Assembly: GCA_003144275.1 (NCBI GenBank)
Contig: NJBF01000003.1
Location: 102,699-134,698 of the forward strand
DNA length: 32,000 nt
Direction: 5' to 3'
Source of the DNA: Candidatus Heimdallarchaeota archaeon B3_Heim
Lineage (GTDB): Archaea > Asgardarchaeota > Heimdallarchaeia > Hodarchaeales > Hodarchaeaceae
Part shown: positions 25,253 to 32,000 of the stretch, in pieces
How positions within the stretch are numbered: position 1 is the first letter of the stretch
Layout: each line of letters opens with the position of its first letter
Program-made: the position numbers and the translations under genes
Notes under the pieces: generated by a model
What the model saw: only the letters and a program-made list of their open reading frames with translations
What the model was told of the DNA's origin: nothing
Databases searched by the model: none

Positions 25253-25549
25253 TTGAAAGATGATAAACCTTTAGATTTAATGAGTGATGATAAGATAGAT
25301 CTTAGAAAAGGCCGTTTACATGCTTTGGTGAGACTCGTAACGGTACCAAAATCCCAAAGGGGAAAACCTCAGGCACTTCTCAAAGAGGCATTAGAAGCTC
25401 CCATTGGGAGTGAGGCTCGTGAGACTGCACTCAGAACATTTTTTGAGTATGTACCTCAAGGTTGGATCGAGAGTTCTGATGCTGAAGACCAGCAATTCCT
25501 TTTACACGCTCTACAGCAGAGTGGATCCTTTTGGTGGGATTTTGGCTAA
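25253..25549 (+). CDS. Small hypothetical protein
   Basis: 98-aa ORF with protein-like composition in a gene-sized gap; TTG start, alternative ATG at 25280. Confidence 0.55.
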   Translation: MKDDKPLDLMSDDKIDLRKGRLHALVRLVTVPKSQRGKPQALLKEALEAPIGSEARETALRTFFEYVPQGWIESSDAEDQQFLLHALQQSGSFWWDFG

Positions 25550-25685
25550 ACGAACATTGTAATCCGTTTTTGTATTGATTAGAAGAATTGAACGTCAGCA
25601 AAAGACTTAAAAAATTATTTACTCTAATTAATATTTATCGATAGTAAAACCATTATTATATAGATTTCGAGTGGTCTGACGTATT

Positions 25686-27107
25686 TTGGTAAAAATTCAA
25701 TTCTCTGATATTCGTACGCTAACAGTAATTGTTGTGCTGTTAACAGCACTTGATTTCTTTATTACGACAATACTTGTTAGTCCAACCGATTTTTCTGATT
25801 TTTCAATCTTTATCCTGAGTATTTTACTCCTAATCACGCTAATAATTCTAATATTAGCTTATAAGATTTGGAAAATCATTCTCACAGAAGAATATAAGGT
25901 TAAAACTCGTCATAAAAAATCACTATTAATAGTTGCCATTTTAACGATGGTAGCTGGAATAATGGGTTTTCTAGTATATACTTTTGAAATTATTCTTTCA
26001 TCCTCACTCTTAGGAACAATATACTTAGAATTTGATCTTACTCCTCCTCAAGATGGAATAGGAATCGCGTATCTCCTGATGATCTTGACGTATATATTCA
26101 AATATTGTCACAACCTATTTGCAATTACTGGTTGTATCCTTACAGGAGTAATTTGGACTCGACAGTTTAGAGTATGGGCTCGTTTTTCTGAAGCACCATT
26201 TGTAAAATCTTTCTACTTTGTAGGTATGACTACGATTGTACTTTTTCTTGATCAGATAGCCACAACAACTCTCCAATACTATCTTAATTTGGTTTATCCT
26301 GAAGCTACAAAACTTTCGGATTACCCTATGGAATTCCAAATCATTATAATGGTTCTTCTCTTGATAGCTCAGTTAGGACTGCCTGTATATATCTACTTTT
26401 TAGCTGTTGCCCGAGAAAACATACAAATACCAAATGAAGCAATTAAGCCAAAATCAAAGAGAGGAATTATGCTTCCTTTAGTGTTTTTCTTCTTATATTT
26501 CCTAGTAAATATGGCGAACTTTGGTGGAGATAGCGGGACTGCAAGTAAGAGTATGGAACTTATTGGTAATGGTTTTCTTGTCATAGTATTCATACCAATT
26601 TCTATAGGCTTCTTTGGACATATGAAAAGAGTAGAATCCGCATTTCTGAAGAAAAACTTGTTTCTAGCCGCCATAGGGACGCTTGCTCTTGCTACTTTTA
26701 ATGTGGTTGGACCAAGTCGATGGACAGGTATGACAGTTCTTGTAGGTTATTTGATAGCGTTTTCAATACTAACATGGTCATTAGCAAACATATCTCAATT
26801 TTTAGGTTCACGAGAAGCTCTTTTAGGACGTTTGAGAAAAGCTGGCGCTCAATTTTTGTCTGACATGGGGGAAGCAGAGATGAAAGATCAATCGATCCAA
26901 AAAATGGCACAGGTGATGACAGATGTGACAAAGAGCTATATGGAAGACCTTACAAAAATTGAAGTTAGAACCCCCCCAACAGCAGAGGAAATTCTGGACT
27001 ACGTGGCAACTACAATGGGAATTAAAACTACTACCTCTGAAGCAGAAGTTTTGGCCTATCTAAATGATGCAATTACTTTCATGCAACAGAGCAACACTGA
27101 GGGATAA
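25686..27107 (+). CDS. Multi-pass membrane protein of unknown function with a soluble C-terminal helical domain
   Basis: 473-aa ORF with roughly 9-11 hydrophobic segments in the first ~365 aa, then ~100 aa of charged helical sequence. Confidence 0.8.
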   Translation: MVKIQFSDIRTLTVIVVLLTALDFFITTILVSPTDFSDFSIFILSILLLITLIILILAYKIWKIILTEEYKVKTRHKKSLLIVAILTMVAGIMGFLVYTFEIILSSSLLGTIYLEFDLTPPQDGIGIAYLLMILTYIFKYCHNLFAITGCILTGVIWTRQFRVWARFSEAPFVKSFYFVGMTTIVLFLDQIATTTLQYYLNLVYPEATKLSDYPMEFQIIIMVLLLIAQLGLPVYIYFLAVARENIQIPNEAIKPKSKRGIMLPLVFFFLYFLVNMANFGGDSGTASKSMELIGNGFLVIVFIPISIGFFGHMKRVESAFLKKNLFLAAIGTLALATFNVVGPSRWTGMTVLVGYLIAFSILTWSLANISQFLGSREALLGRLRKAGAQFLSDMGEAEMKDQSIQKMAQVMTDVTKSYMEDLTKIEVRTPPTAEEILDYVATTMGIKTTTSEAEVLAYLNDAITFMQQSNTEG

Positions 27108-27118
27108 TAGTTGTTTAA

Positions 27119-27152
27119 TTTCCCCCTTTTATAAATAGGATATTAGGGGAAA
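27119..27152. terminator. Hairpin between convergent genes, possible bidirectional terminator
   Basis: TTTCCCC (27119-25) / GGGGAAA (27146-52) inverted repeat between stops at 27107 and 27194. Confidence 0.4.
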
Positions 27153-27193
27153 ACTAGGAAAAGAAACGCTGATATTTATATAAGCATCCAAGA

Positions 27194-28324
27194 TTACTTA
27201 TGTTTCCTAGTGATGAGTAGGGGTAATATTCCAAGAAATACGGTGAAAGAAAAAACAGTCGTTTTTTCGTGTGAAGTAGAGGAGGATGTTTCGGTTGTTG
27301 TCGTTTCATCGTTAATTGATGATGTTACAGAGAATGAATCTCTGAGCGTAATAGAGCGATCAATTTCATTAAACAGAAATACATCAATATCTGTGCTCAC
27401 ATTTCCAGCGCTTTCTGTGACAGTTATATTACAATAATGAAAATCAGAAAAGTACACATCACTGTCCTGCCACTCAGATATATCCCCATTCGTGTATAGG
27501 TCTGCTCCTGCTCCTCCAGTAGTTACATAGGTAATATTATTCCGAATCGTCCGATAATAATAATGGTCATGACCAGAAAAGACTAGATCAACACCATATT
27601 CTATCAAAATTGGTTCAAGAACGGTTCGGATTGCTTGCGCATCATAAACGCGACTTGAACTTCGAACTGAATAACTGGGACGATGAAAAACTGCTACAAT
27701 GAATTCCAGTGTATTGCTTTCAAGATCATTAATCAACCAATTATATTGATCCGTCTTTATTTCAAATGTTCCAGTCCAATCCTCTTCAGTGTTGATGAAA
27801 ACAAAATGAATTTGATTCATATAATCAAGACTATAATAACGTTCGTTCCCAGGTAACTCAACGTTCGCTAGATAAGTCGAGTAGTCTTCTTCGGATGGGC
27901 CGTAAGTACTTGGCCCTAATGCGTACGTATAGCGTTCATGATTTCCTATAGCGTAATAAAACGTCACATTTGCTTTCGTGGCGTTTTCAATGTCTTCATA
28001 ATAACGATTCCAATCATCTTGTTCCCCACCTGAACTGACTAAATCTCCTGTATGAATAATAAATTCCATATTTGGATTATTTTCTACAACAGAAGTAATT
28101 AATGCCGCACGAGTTGGATTACTACTATTTTCGTGAGTAAATTTATCATTCTCATCATCCCACTCTCCGCTCTGTTGGCGGCTGTCACCTAATGTAATAA
28201 AGTGCCATGAATTAGATGATAATTGAGCAGTGTTTTCTTGAATTTTGTTATCACCTGAAATAACAATCGGTGAGAAAACTAGAGTAAGACCAAGTAACAA
28301 TAAAACTGTTTTCTTTGGTGTCAT
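27194..28324 (-). CDS. Secreted calcineurin-like metallophosphoesterase (purple-acid-phosphatase-like) with C-terminal anchor
   Basis: Signal peptide; GDSR, HTGDLV, GNHE, FHRP, SGHDHYY metal motifs; Thr/Ser linker, TM segment and RKHK tail. Confidence 0.9.
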   Translation of the reverse strand: MTPKKTVLLLLGLTLVFSPIVISGDNKIQENTAQLSSNSWHFITLGDSRQQSGEWDDENDKFTHENSSNPTRAALITSVVENNPNMEFIIHTGDLVSSGGEQDDWNRYYEDIENATKANVTFYYAIGNHERYTYALGPSTYGPSEEDYSTYLANVELPGNERYYSLDYMNQIHFVFINTEEDWTGTFEIKTDQYNWLINDLESNTLEFIVAVFHRPSYSVRSSSRVYDAQAIRTVLEPILIEYGVDLVFSGHDHYYYRTIRNNITYVTTGGAGADLYTNGDISEWQDSDVYFSDFHYCNITVTESAGNVSTDIDVFLFNEIDRSITLRDSFSVTSSINDETTTTETSSSTSHEKTTVFSFTVFLGILPLLITRKHK

Positions 28325-28386
28325 TTCAATCCATTAGACCATTAATCCTTGCATTATCAATATAACCTGTTCATTCATTACTCCAT

Positions 28387-29826
28387 TTACGTATTTTCGT
28401 AAATTTGACGGAAGTGCTCAATGGGGGGAGAACTACCCTCGGGTATAAGGGATTCATATGGAGTTTTACCTATTCGTTCTTTAAATTCCTGTTTCACTCT
28501 TTTGACTAATTCAGAATTTTTCATCAACTCTTCGGTCGCTGACGCTAGAACCTTTGCCGCATAAACCATTCCCTTATGACCAATACTCATCCCACAATTT
28601 GCAACCATTTGCCATGAATGGCCAGGTGTTCCAAATGTGCTACATGCTGTCACAAATTGAGCTGTCGGAGTTACCCATGTTACATCACCTACATCAGTTG
28701 ATCCTCCGAGTGTGATTCCTCGACCAAAAATTGGATAAACGATGTCACAGATCGGCTTTTCTCTAAATTGTTCAGATAATTCTCGAATTTCTTGGGGATA
28801 TACCGTAAGGGAATTATCAAAATAATTTTCAGGGAATGATTCACGTATTTCAGTCGCAAAAGTGATTTCTTCCTCTGTATATTCTGGAATATTTATTTCA
28901 GTCATTTTTTTATGAAGAAGATCCTCTAATGTTTCATTAGGTAGCATGTTGGATGCTCCACCTAATATCATAGTTTCAAAGGATGTTTCGGTCATTAAAG
29001 CGGCGCCATTGGCAACTTTAAGCACTCTCCTATATAAATCGTTTACCTGATCAAATTTAGGAGCTCGTACGAAGTACCAGACTTCCGCTTCTTCTGGGAC
29101 GATGTTAGGGGCCTTTCCGCCTTTTGTAATGATATAATGCAGTCTTGCATCAGATATAATATGTTCTCTTAGATAATTACATCCTACATTCATTAACTCT
29201 ACCGCATCGAGTGCAGACCTCCCATTAAAAGGATCAGCAGCAGCATGAGCAGTTCGCCCTTGAAATTTAAATAAAACATCAATTATTGCTTGAAAATTAA
29301 AACTCACAACAGTATTTACATCACCTGGATGCCATGTTAAAGAAATGTCCACGTCTTCAAATAAACCTCCTTTCACCATCCATCCCTTTCCATTGGCATT
29401 TTCTTCCGCAGGACAACCATAGAATTTAACCGTTCCAGCCAATTCCTTATTGATTATCTTCTCTTTAATTGCTAAAACTGCAGCTAAGCAAGCAACTCCA
29501 AAAAGATTGTGTCCGCACCCATGACCTGGCATATCTTTCTCTATCGGTTGTTTTTGAGGATTTTTATCCTGACTAAGTCCAGGTAACGCATCATACTCTC
29601 CAAGTAGTGCGATTACAGGTTTCTCAGTACCAAACGTCGCAATGAATGCCGTTGGCATGGAGGCAACGCCTCGTTCAATAGTAAAACCCTCTTGTTCCAA
29701 AATATCGATAAGCAAATCTGATGACTTATATTCAAATAAGCCTAATTCAGCGAATTTCCAAATTTTATCGCTAATTTCTATGAATCTTGGTTGATTATTG
29801 TCTATCCATTCTATATTTGAATTCAA
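28387..29826 (-). CDS. abgB: M20-family amidohydrolase, p-aminobenzoyl-glutamate hydrolase subunit B-like
   Basis: GEYDALPGLSQ, GHGCGHN, GCPAEE, WHP, GRSALDAVELMN..NYLREH, GGSTDVGDV, HSWQ. Actual substrate unproven. Confidence 0.85.
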   Translation of the reverse strand: MNSNIEWIDNNQPRFIEISDKIWKFAELGLFEYKSSDLLIDILEQEGFTIERGVASMPTAFIATFGTEKPVIALLGEYDALPGLSQDKNPQKQPIEKDMPGHGCGHNLFGVACLAAVLAIKEKIINKELAGTVKFYGCPAEENANGKGWMVKGGLFEDVDISLTWHPGDVNTVVSFNFQAIIDVLFKFQGRTAHAAADPFNGRSALDAVELMNVGCNYLREHIISDARLHYIITKGGKAPNIVPEEAEVWYFVRAPKFDQVNDLYRRVLKVANGAALMTETSFETMILGGASNMLPNETLEDLLHKKMTEINIPEYTEEEITFATEIRESFPENYFDNSLTVYPQEIRELSEQFREKPICDIVYPIFGRGITLGGSTDVGDVTWVTPTAQFVTACSTFGTPGHSWQMVANCGMSIGHKGMVYAAKVLASATEELMKNSELVKRVKQEFKERIGKTPYESLIPEGSSPPIEHFRQIYENT

Positions 29827-30363
29827 CTAATACATCCACTCACAATATTTATTGATTACTAACTTAAAATCCAGATTTTTCTTCAATAGTTAACGTAGTA
29901 TCTTAAAGATTTTCTCAAAGAGCCAAAAAACGAAGCTTACAAAATTTTTATACCGTTTTAACTAACGAATGATTTTTTTCGCAATGTCGTATAACCAACG
30001 ATAAAGAACAATTTTTCGTATTCCTATGAAAAGGTTCCTAGCTAAGTAATTAGAATAAAACACAGTACACACAGTATGTTTTTCCGTAAATTTATATACA
30101 AATCCAACAATACATGATATACTAGAAAATAACATTTATCCAATGGAATGGTCCGTAAAACCCCGTTAAAATCTTGAAAAAGGTGCTCAGCACGAATCAT
30201 AAAGTAAAAGCAAACAGACCTGAAAATAAAGCGAAAGATTTCGATCAAAGTATAAATATACCATTGGAATTCTTCCCAATCTTAATATAATAAGATTATG
30301 ATTACTGACATAATATTAAATGTTTCTAATTTCCTAAAAGTGCAGCTACATCTTTTTTCTATT

Positions 30364-31689
30364 CTATCGCGATTTCTTCTTGGAAATGATAATAGTTAAA
30401 CTAAGTATTAAAAGGAGTATATTCCAGCTAGGGATGGTAGCTTTTGTGGTGGTAGCAGTTGTAAATGTCCAAGAATTAGGGAAGAAAAACACAAGCAGTT
30501 CATCCATAGTGTGTTGCCAAAAGGCGTAACTATGACCTTCAGGATAGAAATGGATCTCCGTTTCCCACTCTTTCGTCTTACATACTTTGTACAACTCTTC
30601 ATTAAAGCTCATTAGAGATTCATAAGTCCCGACGCAAATCCAAAATTTGAGATCTAGAGAAGCATTAGCATAATTTTCAAGCTGATAAGAAATTGAGGTT
30701 AGACTAGAAGAACCTGATTGAATGGCAGCAAGTTTTATCGTATCTGAGCGCTCAAAAGCGACATAAGCAGAAACATAACCTGTGAGTGATAACCCAACAT
30801 GTAAGCGAGCGAAAGGGGAATCAATAGTAGAATAATGGTCATCAATATAAGCAACTAAGTCGTCTAAAAAAGAAAGATATGTGCTTCTACTTTTATAAAA
30901 GGAGCTACGGTCATTCCAATCATACTCAAAAGGACGTTCAGGATCGAAACCAAGAGGATCCGAAAAAACAGCAATAAGAGGAATAATCTTGTCATCAAAG
31001 ATTAAATTATCTAAAATAGTAGTGGTATTCATTACCTCAGTATATGCAGAGCCATCAGCAAAATAAACGACAGGATAAACAAGATTGACATTGTAATCAG
31101 GGGGAAGATAAATTTGAACATAAGGATCAGAAGAAAAGTTAGTAAGAGGAGTGACAGAGCCATGAGGAACGTCGGGACGATAAACGTAGTAATATTCACG
31201 CTCAAATGGGGGGAGAGCAAGTTCAGAGTCTATCCACCCCCAAATCCCCGTTATGCGGTATTGATTACGAGGGTCAAGGTTTTTCACCCCATCAATAAAG
31301 AATTGATAATTCGCACGGGTAGAAGGACGTAGAGTAAAGGCTCGATAAAAGAATGAAACAGTAGGGTCAAGTTGAACCATCGTGAAAGGAACCCAGTCAA
31401 AAATATCTAGAGAAACTAGACAAGAAGTAATGGATTCAGAGGAATTATAGTAGATAAAAACAACATGAGTAGCATTAATAATAGCCGGAAAGCCTCCATT
31501 AGCATTAGTTTGCCAGAACATATAATCATTGATTATGGTAGGCTTATCCCCCTCGGTAGCATTTTGATATTGATCTAGAAAATCATAGAAATCAGTAAAA
31601 GTAAAGAAAGGATTAGCAGATGAGGGAGAATAGCAATTTAAAGCTAATAAATAGATGATACAAAATATAAAGGAGGAACTTCGGTTCAT
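30364..31689 (-). CDS. Secreted alpha/beta-hydrolase (enterochelin-esterase-like putative esterase) with N-terminal beta-sandwich module and C-terminal anchor
   Basis: Signal peptide; NYQFFIDG..LDPRN, IYLPPDY, YPVVYFADG, GLSLTG nucleophile elbow, VGTYE, EGHSYAFW; Thr-rich linker, PSW, TM segment and KKKSR tail. Confidence 0.85.
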   Translation of the reverse strand: MNRSSSFIFCIIYLLALNCYSPSSANPFFTFTDFYDFLDQYQNATEGDKPTIINDYMFWQTNANGGFPAIINATHVVFIYYNSSESITSCLVSLDIFDWVPFTMVQLDPTVSFFYRAFTLRPSTRANYQFFIDGVKNLDPRNQYRITGIWGWIDSELALPPFEREYYYVYRPDVPHGSVTPLTNFSSDPYVQIYLPPDYNVNLVYPVVYFADGSAYTEVMNTTTILDNLIFDDKIIPLIAVFSDPLGFDPERPFEYDWNDRSSFYKSRSTYLSFLDDLVAYIDDHYSTIDSPFARLHVGLSLTGYVSAYVAFERSDTIKLAAIQSGSSSLTSISYQLENYANASLDLKFWICVGTYESLMSFNEELYKVCKTKEWETEIHFYPEGHSYAFWQHTMDELLVFFFPNSWTFTTATTTKATIPSWNILLLILSLTIIISKKKSR

Positions 31690-32000
31690 TCAAACATTCA
31701 CCAATATTCCATGAAAGAGGAAAAATTAATTCATAAGTTATAGGCAGATACATATTATAAACTTTTATTCAAATTTACCAAATCTTCGATATCACACGAT
31801 AATGTCATCATACATTTATTACTTTTAACCAGAAAGTTCTTTCAACAGGTTCTTTTTTTCGAGTTTTTTGTTGTATAACAGACATTAAAAGGCGTGCGCC
31901 TCATCTGCACTAGAAATTTTTTTTTAGTTAAAGAGTGGGGGTTAGGAATTGAGGCCAGACAGAACACGAACACATCTTAGGAAGAATTAAGATAATTCTA

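Noticed and set aside
29827-30363. Long AT-rich spacer with a 68-aa ORF (30042-30248), possible decayed gene or IS scar
   Set aside because: No recognisable protein similarity in the frames I read, and no terminal inverted repeats or target duplication seen.
195-31332. Numerous 60-105 aa ORFs antisense to or nested in long genes in the ORF track
   Set aside because: All shadow well-supported CDSs and lack motifs; consistent with codon-bias artefacts.
31690-32000. Terminal non-coding stretch with AGGC-GTGC-GCCT palindrome and T-tracts
   Set aside because: Only a 4-bp stem, cut by the window edge; nothing supportable.

Overview
AT-rich, gene-dense window that reads as an anaerobic heterotrophic archaeon. 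Support: GGGP-synthase-like and DGGGP-synthase-like ether-lipid enzymes, a PGF-type C-terminal sorting signal, GGTGA ribosome-binding sites and T-tract terminators. An Asgard (Heimdallarchaeia-like) origin is my inference from gene style and is not shown by the sequence. Contents in order: 3' part of a GGGP synthase; two LeuC/LeuD-family dehydratase pairs head-to-head with a chemoreceptor remnant between them; two tandem acidic surface-protein paralogues plus a membrane-bound winged-helix regulator; a 5'-truncated DUF362-like Fe-S gene; a ~200-nt hairpin-dense non-coding block (candidate structured RNA); a bactofilin-like beta-helix protein; a BMP-family nucleoside-type ABC transporter; a UbiA prenyltransferase; an FAD oxidoreductase; a 4-hydroxybutyryl-CoA dehydratase; a DsrE protein; the glycyl-radical hydroxyproline dehydratase HypD with its activase; a Met-rich membrane protein; a degenerate trans-prenyltransferase; orphan proteins; and secreted or cytosolic hydrolases. 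No rRNA, tRNA, CRISPR array or transposase was recognised. Best leads: the candidate ncRNA at ~9483-9690, the bactofilin-like gene, the acidic surface-protein locus, archaeal HypD, the pseudo-prenyltransferase and the LeuC paralogue with a Cys replacing the catalytic His. All family calls come from motif recognition by eye, with no database search.
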